Assembly: GCA_963794325.1 (NCBI GenBank) | Contig: CAWCDG010000004.1 | Span: 384,001 to 448,000 of the forward strand | DNA length: 64,000 bases | Origin: an uncultured delta proteobacterium | Lineage (GTDB): Bacteria > Desulfobacterota > Binatia > Binatales > Binataceae | Reading direction: 5' to 3' | In this document: positions 18,282 to 28,064 of the stretch, piece by piece | How the letters are laid out: every line of letters begins with the position of its first letter | Numbering within the stretch: position 1 is the first letter of the stretch | Notes under the pieces: model-generated | What the model saw: the letters and a program-made list of their open reading frames with translations, nothing else | What the model was told of the DNA's origin: nothing | The model's database searches: none | Program-made: the position numbers and the translations under genes

Positions 18282-18923
18282 ATGACGCATTGGACGGAAG
18301 GTCAGGCACGAACCGACCATCGCGACGACCTCGGGAATCGCGCAGCCAAAGGAGTGCGCGCATTCGTCGCAGTGCGGATGAATGATCAGGTGGAAGACTC
18401 GATCGCGAGGACGGTCGACGAGCTGAAGCATCCGGATGACGGCGTCCGATGGGTACCACGCGCGAATCTGCATATCACGCTCAAGTTCCTCGGACCGGCA
18501 GTGGACTCGCATCGATTGCAGCAGCTGACGGCCGGGCTGCGTCAGCTCGCGACGAAAACGGCGCCATTCGAGGTCGCCGCGACGGGCGTCGGTGGGTTCC
18601 CGAACCTCGAGCATCCGCGCGTGATTTGGGTGGGTCTGCACAGCGTTGAATCGGGAGCGCTCGCCGCACTTGCTTCGCGGCTGGAGACGGTTGCGGCCGA
18701 ATACGGATTCGAGCGCGAGAAGCGCCGATGGAGCGGGCATCTGACTATTGGCCGGGTCCGCGGCGACTCGATCGAGGACAAAACGCGCGAGGCGTTGGAG
18801 GCGGTGCGGCAGCGCACGTTCGGCGTCTCGAAGATCGAGTCGATGACTCTCTACCGCAGCAATCTCGGCCCCAACGGCGCCCACTACGAAGCGCTCGCTA
18901 CCTTTCTCTTTCAGTCGCGTTAA
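18282..18923 (+). CDS. thpR: RNA 2',3'-cyclic phosphodiesterase
   Basis: Two HxT motifs (NLHITLKFLG, HLTIGR), RAFVAV, located upstream of recA. Confidence 0.92.
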   Translation: MTHWTEGQARTDHRDDLGNRAAKGVRAFVAVRMNDQVEDSIARTVDELKHPDDGVRWVPRANLHITLKFLGPAVDSHRLQQLTAGLRQLATKTAPFEVAATGVGGFPNLEHPRVIWVGLHSVESGALAALASRLETVAAEYGFEREKRRWSGHLTIGRVRGDSIEDKTREALEAVRQRTFGVSKIESMTLYRSNLGPNGAHYEALATFLFQSR

Positions 18924-19083
18924 CATCGAGCTAGCGGCATGTTGTCTTTTTGTTCTTTTCGTAACACCAGCGTCGCTTGTCAACACCCCTGTGGACACCG
19001 ACGGCAACGTGGCTAGAGCTATCGACCTGAGTTTGTGGCAAGATTCGCAACGCGACAAACATGTTCCGCATGGGTAAAAAGCG

Positions 19084-20154
19084 ATGGCGATAGAGATCAA
19101 AAGTAAGGCGCTCGACCTGGCGCTCAGCCAAATCGAGAAACAGTTCGGCAAGGGCTCGATCATGAAGCTCGGCGAGCAGGCGATTTCCGCCGACATCGCG
19201 GTCGTGCCGACCGGATCGCTCGGACTCGACGTCGCACTCGGCGTGGGTGGATTGCCGCGCGGCCGGGTGGTCGAAATTTACGGTCCGGAATCGTCGGGAA
19301 AGACGACGCTCGCGCTCGAATGTATCGCCGAGGCCCAGAAGATGGGCGGGACGTGCGCGTTTATCGACGCCGAACACGCGCTCGACGCGGCCTACGCGCG
19401 CAAGCTCGGGGTCAAGGTCGAGGACTTGCTCATCTCGCAGCCGGACAACGGCGAGCAGGCGCTGGAAATCACCGAGACGCTGGTGCAATCGGGCGCGATC
19501 GACGTGCTGGTGATCGATTCGGTCGCGGCGCTGGTGCCGCGCGCGGAAATCGAAGGCGAGATGGGCGAGCCGCAGATGGGCCTGCAAGCGCGCCTGATGT
19601 CGCAGGCACTGCGCAAGCTGACCTCGATCATATCGCGATCGCGCACCATCGTTATTTTCATCAACCAGATCCGGATGAAGATTGGCGTGATGTTCGGGAA
19701 TCCGGAAACGACCACCGGCGGCAACGCGCTCAAGTTTTATTCGTCGGTGCGTATCGACATCCGGCGCATCGGCACGATCAAGAACGCGACCGAAGTGATC
19801 GGCTCGCGCACCAAGGTCAAAGTGGTGAAGAACAAGGTCGCGCCGCCGTTCCGCGAGGCCGAGTTCGACATCCTGTACGGCACCGGCATTTCGAAGGAAG
19901 GCGAACTGGTCGATATGGCGAGCGAGCACAATATTATCGAGAAGCTCGGCGCGTGGTACTCCTACAACGGCGAGCGAATCGGCCAGGGCCGCGAGAACGC
20001 GCGCGACCTCCTGAAGGCCAATCCGAAGCTGGCCGAAGAGATCGAGGTTAAGGTCCGCGAAAAGCTCGCCGCCAAACCCGTTGCGCTGCCACCGGAGGCG
20101 GCCGTCGAGGAGCCGGAGCAGGCACCCGCGCAGGCCCCAAAGAAAAAGGGGTAA
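19084..20154 (+). CDS. recA: Recombinase A
   Basis: [47 protein letters not shown]. Confidence 0.99.
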   Translation: MAIEIKSKALDLALSQIEKQFGKGSIMKLGEQAISADIAVVPTGSLGLDVALGVGGLPRGRVVEIYGPESSGKTTLALECIAEAQKMGGTCAFIDAEHALDAAYARKLGVKVEDLLISQPDNGEQALEITETLVQSGAIDVLVIDSVAALVPRAEIEGEMGEPQMGLQARLMSQALRKLTSIISRSRTIVIFINQIRMKIGVMFGNPETTTGGNALKFYSSVRIDIRRIGTIKNATEVIGSRTKVKVVKNKVAPPFREAEFDILYGTGISKEGELVDMASEHNIIEKLGAWYSYNGERIGQGRENARDLLKANPKLAEEIEVKVREKLAAKPVALPPEAAVEEPEQAPAQAPKKKG

Positions 20155-20163
20155 ACTAATCGC

Positions 20164-20375
20164 ATGTGAAACCCTCCGCGGGTTTCACGCTTCCGCGGCA
20201 GGGGTGACCCCTGCACCCAGTATTAATCGCAAAATGGCGAGGACGCCATTTTGCTCTCAGGTTCTTTTGGAGCCTCAACCCCTTCTAACGGGGACGAAGT
20301 CCCGCATCTTTCTGGATACTAAGGTGCAGGGGTTACCCCTGCTGAAGGAAGCATGAATCCCACCGCGGGTTTCAT
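20164..20375. repeat. Family-B inverted doublet (20164-20258 forward; 20323-20375 reverse, degenerate)
   Basis: Same three hairpins as 9720-9820, followed by an inverted degenerate copy. Confidence 0.88.
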
Positions 20376-20390
20376 TACGATTAGTCATCC

Positions 20391-21407
20391 TTACATCGCG
20401 ATATGAAAATGCGCCAATATCGCGGGGCCGTTGTGCGACAGGATTCGCGATAGCGCGAATAGCAGGCCGAAGAACGCGCCGAACAGGCCGCCGTTGACGC
20501 GAATCCAGTCCAGATGCGTGCGGGTTTTCGATTCGATCTGAATTCTGATCTGGTCGTCCGACAGTCGCGCGAGATTCTCGCGCACCATCAACGTGATTTG
20601 GCCGCGGCTCGATTCGACCGTTCTGCGCACCATGTTGTCGATCAGCTTTTGCGCAAATTGATTCGCGTAGCTGTCGGGATCGTGAAGCTGAGCGCCGAAC
20701 TCATGGATCGCGCTTTCGATCGTGGCGCGCAACTCGGGATCGTTCTGTAGCTCGGGCAGCCGCTTGCGCAAATTCGCCGCGATCCGCGCGCCGATCGATT
20801 CCGCGCCGAACCGGCTCATCACCGCGTAGATTCGCGTGACCGTCTTGGGCAGCATCCGCTTGAGAACTTTCTCGAGGCGCTCGCGCTTCTCGGGTGAATC
20901 AAGATAGTCAATCGCGTTGGTGATTAACCGCTCGAGCCCGGCCTGCCCCAGCAGGTCGTTCAGATTCATTTCCTGCAGATAGCTGCCGAGACGGCCGACC
21001 AGGTTCATCTTGTGGAGCCGGTCGCCAATCATCTGCGGCGTCAGCCATTCGTTCTCGATTGTCGCGGCGATTCCGTCAATCAGCTTGACCCGATTGCGCG
21101 GCAGCACGCCGGAGTTGGGCAGGTACCATCGCCGCTCGAAGATCATCTTGAGCGCGATATAGTCGCAGAGCCCGCCGATGAGCGCCGCCTCCGCCATCGA
21201 GACCGCAATCTCCGACGACGTCTTGAAATGCGTGAACATCAGAAAGGCGAGGCTGACGAGGTAGATGAAAAACGAAAACGCCAGCGTCAGGTCGCCCTTA
21301 TGCATGAGGAAAAAGTTGGAGAGGGAGAACGGCTCGCGGGCGCGGGTAGATGCATTGATACTGATGTCCATGGGATCCAGTGTGTCCGACCCATCGCGAT
21401 GGGCCAA
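20391..21407 (-). CDS. DUF445 family membrane protein
   Basis: AEAALIGGLCDYIALKMIF, GVLPRNR, LDWIRVNGGLFG motifs. Confidence 0.88.
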   Translation of the reverse strand: MAHRDGSDTLDPMDISINASTRAREPFSLSNFFLMHKGDLTLAFSFFIYLVSLAFLMFTHFKTSSEIAVSMAEAALIGGLCDYIALKMIFERRWYLPNSGVLPRNRVKLIDGIAATIENEWLTPQMIGDRLHKMNLVGRLGSYLQEMNLNDLLGQAGLERLITNAIDYLDSPEKRERLEKVLKRMLPKTVTRIYAVMSRFGAESIGARIAANLRKRLPELQNDPELRATIESAIHEFGAQLHDPDSYANQFAQKLIDNMVRRTVESSRGQITLMVRENLARLSDDQIRIQIESKTRTHLDWIRVNGGLFGAFFGLLFALSRILSHNGPAILAHFHIAM

Positions 21408-21502
21408 CCGCTAGCCGCAGTAAGAACGCTGCTTCCAACGTCGTCCGCGACGCCCCTGAATAACCTCTCCTTGTCCGATCGGAAGGGGAGGTTAAGATCG
21501 TA

Positions 21503-22885
21503 CTACGCGATGGCTTTTGCTTTCTCTTGTTCGGCGGCGGCGCTTCGCGCTGCGAGGCGGTCGCGCATGGCGCGGTGGCTTTCGCGGGTGATTGGGTAGC
21601 GCGAGAAGACTAGAGCGCTCATCAGATAAATCGAGGCGGGGGCGATTGCGAATAGAGCGCGCAGATGTTCGCCGGCTTCCGGCGTGATTCCGCTGCCGCC
21701 CGGTTTGTAGCCAACCCAGCTCAAGACCGGACCGACCATCAGCAGCGTTACCGCGACCGCCATCTTTATCGACATCGAGGTGATTCCGCCGTATGCGCCC
21801 TCCTGGCGCTGGCCGGTGCGCTCCTCGTCCCATTCGATCACGTCAGCGGACGCCGACATTTGCGTGACCCAGATTCCGATCGCCGAGAAGCCGGTGAACG
21901 CCATCAAGAGGTAGAGCGCGACGGTGCTTTGCCGCGTCATCAGCATGAACATCAGCGAGCCGAGCGCGTTGCAGACCATCGCGACCACGAAGGCCGGCTT
22001 CTTTTCGAAGCGCACGGTGATCCTGAACCAGAACGGATACGAAATCACTGAGCCGGCGAAGTACGCGATCAGCCATCGCGCCGCCGCGTTCTCATCGTGA
22101 TACCAGTACTTCGCGAGGAAGCGGATCAGCACGGTCGGAATATTGATGGCCATGATGGCCAGCGTCGTGGCGATCAGCAAAATGATGAACGGCCGGTTGC
22201 CGGCCATCGATTTGATCGACGCCCACAGCTTCGAGCGCTCGAGCGTCGAGAACTCCGCACGCTCGCGCAATCCGGTGTAGGCAACCATCGCGCCGCCCGC
22301 GACTACGATCGCGCAGATCGCGCCGGTCACTTTGAAATCGGTGCCGCGTGCGAACAGGTAGGTCGCCGCGAACGGCAGCAGCGCGCCGCTGATATCACCG
22401 ACGGTGCCCAGCAGCATCCGGAAGGTCGAGAGCTTGGTGCGTTCGTCGTAGTCGAGCGTGAGTTCCGGCATCAGCGCGCTGTATGCGGTCTCGTAAATCT
22501 TCCGCGACGTGAGCATCAGGAAGTAGAAGCCGAAGAACCAGACGAACAGTCCCGCCTTGAGCTGCGGCGGGGATAGCAGCAGGTAATAGCAGATCGCCAT
22601 CGGAATCGCGGCGAAGAAAAACGGCCGGCGACGGCCCGACTTGAAACGCGCGCGATCGGAAATGTTGCCGACCAGCGGATCGGTCACCGCGTCAAGCACC
22701 AGCGCGAGAAAGAAAGCAAGTCCGGCCAGCGATGGCTGGAGGCCCATCCGATCGGTATAAAAATAGAGAAGATGAAGCCCGATCAAAGTCACGCACAGGT
22801 TGAGGCCGGTCTGCGCCTGCGCGTAGATTAGCAGGGGACGAAGGCCAATCTTTTCGCTCGAATCGCGGGTTGCCACAGCTCGCAA
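21503..22885 (-). CDS. MFS/GPH family sugar-cation symporter
   Basis: DAVTDPLVGNISDR, GRRRPF, YSALMPELTLDYDERT, ADVIEWDE..TGQRQEG, YPIT. Confidence 0.92.
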   Translation of the reverse strand: MRAVATRDSSEKIGLRPLLIYAQAQTGLNLCVTLIGLHLLYFYTDRMGLQPSLAGLAFFLALVLDAVTDPLVGNISDRARFKSGRRRPFFFAAIPMAICYYLLLSPPQLKAGLFVWFFGFYFLMLTSRKIYETAYSALMPELTLDYDERTKLSTFRMLLGTVGDISGALLPFAATYLFARGTDFKVTGAICAIVVAGGAMVAYTGLRERAEFSTLERSKLWASIKSMAGNRPFIILLIATTLAIMAINIPTVLIRFLAKYWYHDENAAARWLIAYFAGSVISYPFWFRITVRFEKKPAFVVAMVCNALGSLMFMLMTRQSTVALYLLMAFTGFSAIGIWVTQMSASADVIEWDEERTGQRQEGAYGGITSMSIKMAVAVTLLMVGPVLSWVGYKPGGSGITPEAGEHLRALFAIAPASIYLMSALVFSRYPITRESHRAMRDRLAARSAAAEQEKAKAIA

Positions 22886-22951
22886 ACACTACTCGATGGA
22901 CGTGCTGATATACAAAGCGATTGCGATACCGGGTCCGACTCAGCTATCGGG

Positions 22952-23755
22952 ATGGCGATGAGAATTTTCGAGCGAAGGCCGATCCGCGAATGCCGATTGC
23001 TGTTGTTGGCGGTCGTACTTCTTTTGTCGCTCGCCCTGACGACCTCGGGATGCGCGCAAATCAAGGCGTGGTGGAATCCCGACGACGAGTCGGCCGATCT
23101 CGACGATGCCGCGAACGCCAACGAAGGTGAGCCGCTGCCGCCTCCGGTCGCCAATGTCGCGATCAGCTACCGCCGCTCCGGCGACGCGCTCTCACGCGCG
23201 ACCGTGATCAAGTTCTTCGGCGCTGAAGTGATCGCGAACCATCAACGCGACGCGTCGCATACAGAGTCGGTAGTGCGATTCGACGGCGGCGTTCCAATCT
23301 GGGAATTCAAGGCCGATGAGGGAACGTTCGGCTCGCTGACCGGCGTCGGCGCAGCGAAGTATTCGCTCAAGAGTATCGACTACTCGAAGGTGCCGACGCA
23401 TTTCACGCAGGTGCTTCCCGAGGAAGGGCCGCCGGAACCGCTCGACCGTGGCGCGTACTACGTCTTTCAAATAGAGCGCGCATCGGGTTCGACCAGCTAC
23501 CAGGCGGTGAAGGTGCTCGCTGACGGATCGCTCCAGGCTTACAACGCGCAGCCGCGGGCGGGCAGCAGCTATCTACTTTGCTGCAACGTGACCTCTGATT
23601 TCCCCGAGCCCGTGATTCTTCCCGATGCGACTCAGGATGCGGGAACTGAGACCCCGGCGCCCGAGGAAGCCCCCGACCAATCCGGTGCTCCTCCAGAGCA
23701 AGCTGCCCCTGCTCCGGAGGAACCTCCTCCGACGCTGGATCCCCTTAATCCATAG
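22952..23755 (+). CDS. Hypothetical lipoprotein
   Basis: Hydrophobic leader with a TSGC lipobox-like site and a Pro/Glu-rich tail. Confidence 0.7.
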   Translation: MAMRIFERRPIRECRLLLLAVVLLLSLALTTSGCAQIKAWWNPDDESADLDDAANANEGEPLPPPVANVAISYRRSGDALSRATVIKFFGAEVIANHQRDASHTESVVRFDGGVPIWEFKADEGTFGSLTGVGAAKYSLKSIDYSKVPTHFTQVLPEEGPPEPLDRGAYYVFQIERASGSTSYQAVKVLADGSLQAYNAQPRAGSSYLLCCNVTSDFPEPVILPDATQDAGTETPAPEEAPDQSGAPPEQAAPAPEEPPPTLDPLNP

Positions 23756-23856
23756 CAGTAGTTGGCGCGACATTCCGGCCCTTGGCAGCCTGATCCGGCC
23801 TCGGCGGATCGGCAACATTGCTAATGAATTCAGCTTATTGGATATCTTGGACAATC

Positions 23857-23919
23857 GATTCATTTATGAATCTATATTCAATATTGAACTAAGAATCGTA
23901 ATTGACACATCATTCATTT
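23857..23919. promoter_or_regulatory. AT-rich promoter with palindromic operator candidates
   Basis: GATTCAT-TT-ATGAATC, TTCAATATTGAA and AATTGACACATCATTCATTT (overlapping TTGACA) upstream of the TetR gene. Confidence 0.5.
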
Positions 23920-23938
23920 CCCGGTAAAAATCCACATC

Positions 23939-24550
23939 GTGGGTGAAGTTAGTCGACAATCCGGGGACGCGCCGAATCGGTTCGATCGTCGTCGCGAAAA
24001 AACACGCTTCGATCTGATTCAAGCGGCCGAGCGCGTCATCTCGAGCAAGGGGTACCATCAGACGCGCATCGCCGACATCGCCACCGAAGCCGACGTCGGG
24101 CTGGGTACCTTCTACCTGCACTTCAAAACCAAGAACGAAATTTTTATCGAGCTGATCGAGCATGGCGCGGCTGAGTTGCGGCGCGGTCTCGGCGAGGCGA
24201 AGTCGGGCGTACATACGCCGGCCGAGAAACTAAAGATCACGATCGACACGATTCTCGACGCGGCCGCCGAGGCGCCCGAACTTTTCCGGATCGTGTTCGG
24301 CCACAGCCCCGCATTTCTCGATCTGATGGTCCGAGTGCACGAGGTTTTTATCAGCGACCTGCGCGACGATCTCGCGCCGGCAGTCGGTGAACGCGCCGAC
24401 GCGATCGCGCATCTCACGATCGGAATGTTATCGCAGGCGATCTCGTGGCTGCTCGCGAGCCGCGATCTTTCTCACGCGGAACTGAAAAACATCACCGTAA
24501 ATTTTGCCCTGGGCGGACTCGAGCGCGCGGCACAGCTCGGCGCCCCTTGA
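23939..24550 (+). CDS. TetR/AcrR family regulator
   Basis: LIQAAERVISSKGYHQTRIADIATEADVGLGTFYLHFKTK HTH. Confidence 0.95.
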   Translation: MGEVSRQSGDAPNRFDRRREKTRFDLIQAAERVISSKGYHQTRIADIATEADVGLGTFYLHFKTKNEIFIELIEHGAAELRRGLGEAKSGVHTPAEKLKITIDTILDAAAEAPELFRIVFGHSPAFLDLMVRVHEVFISDLRDDLAPAVGERADAIAHLTIGMLSQAISWLLASRDLSHAELKNITVNFALGGLERAAQLGAP

Positions 24551-24584
24551 AGAATTGAAAAATGAATCTTGGAGGATTCTCGCA

Positions 24585-25583
24585 ATGGCTCACGACCACA
24601 CCGTAGTTAACACCGACCTCGAAAGCGTCTTCCACTGGGACTACAGCGTTAAGTTCCCGCAGATGGACCGGCTGTACGAGAACGCCAAGCGCGATCAGTG
24701 GAACGTCTCGACCACTATCAACTGGGACCGCCCGATCGAGAACGAAGTCCTGGACATGACGATGATGCCGATGTTCCAGACCGAGCTCTATCGATCGCTG
24801 AGCGAAGAGAACAAGTACCAGCTCGGGCGCAAGTTCGCGGCGTGGCGGCTCTCGCAATTCCTGCACGGCGAGCAGGGCGCGCTGATGGTCTGCGGGCAAT
24901 TGGTTGATGCGGTGCCGGACCTCGACGCCAAGATGAATGCGGCGGCGCAGGTGTTTGACGAGGCGCGTCACGTCGAGGGCTTCCGCAAGTACATCACCAA
25001 GCTCGATCGCATCTACCCGATCGATCCGACGCTCGAACGGCTGCTGACCACGGTCATGGCGCACGATCGATGGGAGCCCAAGTACGTCGGGATGCAAGTC
25101 GTGGCTGAGGGACTCGCGATCGCGGCGTTCCGCTTCATGCAGCGCGAGACCAAGGACGAGCTGCTCAAGGAACTGCTCGAGTACATCATGAAGGACGAGG
25201 CGCGCCATGTGGGCTTCGGGATGCTGGCGCTGCGCGACGCGGTGACCAAGCTCAAGGGCAAGGACAAGAAGGACCTCGAGGACTTCGCGTTCGCGGCGTG
25301 CGACATGATGGTGACGAAGGTCGTCGACGGCGTGCCCAAGGACGGCTTCTTGTCGGGCGCGTCGGTGTTCGAGGAAGTTGGAATCTCGATGAAGGACATC
25401 GAGGAAGAGATGCATCGTAATCCCGCGTGGGCGGCGGCGGAGAACGACATGGAGAAGCAGTTCAACTCGTTCCTGTTCGTCGACACGATCATCCCATGCC
25501 TGCGGCAAATCGATCTGATCAACGACCGCACCGAGTCGTGGTACCAGCAGCTAGGCGTGATGCAGTTGGCGTCGGCCGCGTAG
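24585..25583 (+). CDS. Ferritin-like diiron protein (AurF-like)
   Basis: SQFLHGEQGAL, DEARHVE, EGLAIAAF, DEARHVGFG diiron motifs. Confidence 0.88.
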   Translation: MAHDHTVVNTDLESVFHWDYSVKFPQMDRLYENAKRDQWNVSTTINWDRPIENEVLDMTMMPMFQTELYRSLSEENKYQLGRKFAAWRLSQFLHGEQGALMVCGQLVDAVPDLDAKMNAAAQVFDEARHVEGFRKYITKLDRIYPIDPTLERLLTTVMAHDRWEPKYVGMQVVAEGLAIAAFRFMQRETKDELLKELLEYIMKDEARHVGFGMLALRDAVTKLKGKDKKDLEDFAFAACDMMVTKVVDGVPKDGFLSGASVFEEVGISMKDIEEEMHRNPAWAAAENDMEKQFNSFLFVDTIIPCLRQIDLINDRTESWYQQLGVMQLASAA

Positions 25584-25606
25584 TTAGCAGACACAGTCAG
25601 AATGAT

Positions 25607-25643
25607 GAAGGGCCGGTCGTCGACGACCGGCCCTTTTCTTTTT
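25607..25643 (+). terminator. Rho-independent terminator
   Basis: AAGGGCCGGTCG-TCGA-CGACCGGCCCTT followed by TTCTTTTT. Confidence 0.85.
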
Positions 25644-25777
25644 CCTGACGAGGAGCGAGCAAAGCGAGCACTTCTGTGATCCTGACAAGCGAGCAACGCG
25701 AGCGTCTTGTGTCATCCTGACGAAGCGAGCAACGCGAGCGGCAGGAAGGATCTCGGACAGCTTCGCGTCAGCGAAGC
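25643..25777 (+). repeat. Family-D (GTCATCCTGA..GCGAGC..GAAGGATCT) tandem degenerate repeats
   Basis: Three tandem CCTGAC..GCGAGCAA(C/A)GCGAGC units. Confidence 0.65.
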
Positions 25778-25835
25778 CGGTTCCGGTTTCCGAAAATCGC
25801 GCAGCGCTCCTTTTCTGCTGTCGTCGCGCGCTGCG

Positions 25836-26339
25836 CTACTTTCGGAACTTCGCGAGTGCTGCGTTCTTGAGCTTGTAGTTCGGCTCGCCGAATTCCTCAT
25901 CGACGGTACCGGTCGGACAGAACCCCAGGCTGACATACAACGCCGCCGCGTTAAGATTGGTTCGGAAGCAGGTTAGTTGCACGGCTTCGCATCGCGGATA
26001 GCGGGCGACGATCATCTCGACCACCTCGACCATTGCGGCGCGGCCGTAACCTTTGCCCTGATGCTCGGCGGCGATCATGATGTCGTCGATCCAGTAATTC
26101 TCGGCGCTGTTCGGATCGCATGCGGTGGTCGTGTAGCCAACTATCTCGTCGCCGGCGCGGATCAGATGCGGCAGATGCTCGAAGTTGTCGCCGAAGAACT
26201 TCACGTAGCATCGCGCGAGCGTCCATGGCGGCGGCGTTACGAACTTCGTCTGTTCGGGGCGAAGCTGCATGCTGAACAGCTTCATGAAATTGCTCCGATC
26301 GATTGGTTCGATCACGACTTTTAGACCGCTGGTCTTCAT
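25836..26339 (-). CDS. GNAT family N-acetyltransferase (spermidine acetyltransferase-like)
   Basis: IDDIMIAAEHQGKGYGRAAM, NLNAAALYVSLGF. Confidence 0.9.
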   Translation of the reverse strand: MKTSGLKVVIEPIDRSNFMKLFSMQLRPEQTKFVTPPPWTLARCYVKFFGDNFEHLPHLIRAGDEIVGYTTTACDPNSAENYWIDDIMIAAEHQGKGYGRAAMVEVVEMIVARYPRCEAVQLTCFRTNLNAAALYVSLGFCPTGTVDEEFGEPNYKLKNAALAKFRK

Positions 26340-27946
26340 GATTGCACGTGCAGGAAAATGTCGCGGGCGTGCTCGTCGCTGATGCGCTTGACCGACGTGA
26401 TTCGATCGGCGAACTGCGCCAGTGACGACGTCTCCGCCGATCCTACGTCAACCAGCACCGCGAAGATCGAAAAATCCAGTTCGTCTTTGCGCTCGCGCAG
26501 CCGCGCCAGCCAATCGGGACTGACCTGCGATTCACCGTCGGTGATGATCACGATATCGCCGCGCTTGAGTTTCTTTTCGCCGAGCAATTCGACCGCGGCG
26601 TCGATCGGAGTTTCGAAGTCGGTGCCGCCGCCCGGGAAGTACTCGGCCATCTCGACGACCTTGTTCAAATCGGGCTGATAGCGCCGCTCGCGATTGAGGT
26701 CGAGCACTTTGAGGCTGACGTCGCCGGACGAGAACATCACCGCGCGGAACAGGCGGCGCTGGCGGCGCGCGATATCCATCAGCGTGAGCGCGACCGCCTT
26801 CGACCACATCTCCTTGTCGCCCTGCATCGAAGAGCTCACGTCGATGCAAACGACCATCGGGCCCTTGCCCTTCTGTTCGTCATCGCGCAGGCGGTACTGA
26901 AGGACCGTGCCCTCCAGCACGCGGCGATGGAAGTCGCGCTTGAGCACGGGATGATGCATCGCGAGCAGCTCGGCGGGAATCAGGCGTCCGAGCTCCGAGC
27001 CGAGCTCGATGTCGTAGGCCTCGGCGACGCCGCGCTCGAGAGTCTTGCGCTTGAGCGCGCGCGCGTCCTGCTTGAATCGCCCGACCATCCGCGCCAACTC
27101 GCCAAGCTTCTTGTTGCGCGCGAGGCGCCGTCCCAGCTCGAGGCGCGCACCCGCCGCGACGCGTCCACCCTGGCCGAACTCGCGGCTGAAGTCGTGGCTG
27201 TCCTCGGCCGCCTGATCGATTTCGGCAGCCAGCTCGCCGGTCTTGAGCTGCATCCGCTTGAGCGCGCTTTGATCCGCGCCCTTCAGTTGAGTTTCGAACT
27301 GCCGCGACTTCTGATTGAGCCGCGCTTCTGAGACTTTCGCCGCGCGCTCGGCCGCATCGGCCATCTCGGATAACTCTTTCTTAGCCGCCTGATCCTTCGG
27401 TTCTTCGGCCGGTGCGGATTCGCCTTCTTCTTTTTCCTGGATCTCGTTGACCGCTTTCACCGCCTCGGCGCGCGCTTCGAGATCCTGTTCCTGCCGCGCG
27501 AGGTCCCACAGATCGAGCATCTCGCTGCGGTTGATCAGTTTCTCGGATTTGATCATCTCGAGCGCATGTTCGCTCATTACGATCGCAGCGATCGCAGCTT
27601 TGTCTTCTTCGAGCGCGGTGCGCGAGCGAAGCGCCTGGAACGGCGCCGACGGCACGATTTGCTCGAGGATCGTGCGATTGAGTGCCGCCGCGAGGCGCAC
27701 GTCGCCGGACTTGCGGAGCACCGGATTCATTTTGAACAGCGCGAAGAAAAGATCCTGCACCAACGCGCCGAAATGCGGAACCAGCCGCTCGCCGGTTTCC
27801 GCGAGGTCGGCGAGAGACGGCGCGTCGGCGACGATTTCATTCCAGGTGCGCCGGTCGTAGCTGTCGCTCTCGAACCAGGACGCATTCGCGGGCACGACCG
27901 GAATATAGAGGCGTCGCGGCTTGACGATTTTGGCTTTGCGCGCCAT
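26336..27946 (-). CDS. VWA domain protein (ViaA/YehP-like)
   Basis: DIELGSELGRLIPAEL, GPMVVCIDVSSSM MIDAS, GGGTDFETPI, DIVIITDGE. Confidence 0.9.
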   Translation of the reverse strand: MARKAKIVKPRRLYIPVVPANASWFESDSYDRRTWNEIVADAPSLADLAETGERLVPHFGALVQDLFFALFKMNPVLRKSGDVRLAAALNRTILEQIVPSAPFQALRSRTALEEDKAAIAAIVMSEHALEMIKSEKLINRSEMLDLWDLARQEQDLEARAEAVKAVNEIQEKEEGESAPAEEPKDQAAKKELSEMADAAERAAKVSEARLNQKSRQFETQLKGADQSALKRMQLKTGELAAEIDQAAEDSHDFSREFGQGGRVAAGARLELGRRLARNKKLGELARMVGRFKQDARALKRKTLERGVAEAYDIELGSELGRLIPAELLAMHHPVLKRDFHRRVLEGTVLQYRLRDDEQKGKGPMVVCIDVSSSMQGDKEMWSKAVALTLMDIARRQRRLFRAVMFSSGDVSLKVLDLNRERRYQPDLNKVVEMAEYFPGGGTDFETPIDAAVELLGEKKLKRGDIVIITDGESQVSPDWLARLRERKDELDFSIFAVLVDVGSAETSSLAQFADRITSVKRISDEHARDIFLHVQS

Positions 27947-28064
27947 CGGGGATCGATCCTACGTCACAGAATACCTGCTCGCCATCGCACAAATGAACGC
28001 CCTTGCGTTACGATGACGCTTGAATGTATCGCTGGATGCGTAACACAATTGTAATCAGCACCAG

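Noticed and set aside
18924-19083. LexA/SOS box upstream of recA
   Set aside because: No convincing match to CTGT-N8-ACAG, GAAC-N4-GTTC or GTTC-N7-GTTC.
25643-25777. CRISPR-like tandem repeats
   Set aside because: Only three degenerate units, no unique spacers of uniform length and no cas genes; they fit REP-like family D.
27950-28064. CIRCE element upstream of hrcA (also checked 33160-33240 before grpE)
   Set aside because: No TTAGCACTC-N9-GAGTGCTAA match; only weak partial resemblance with wrong spacing.
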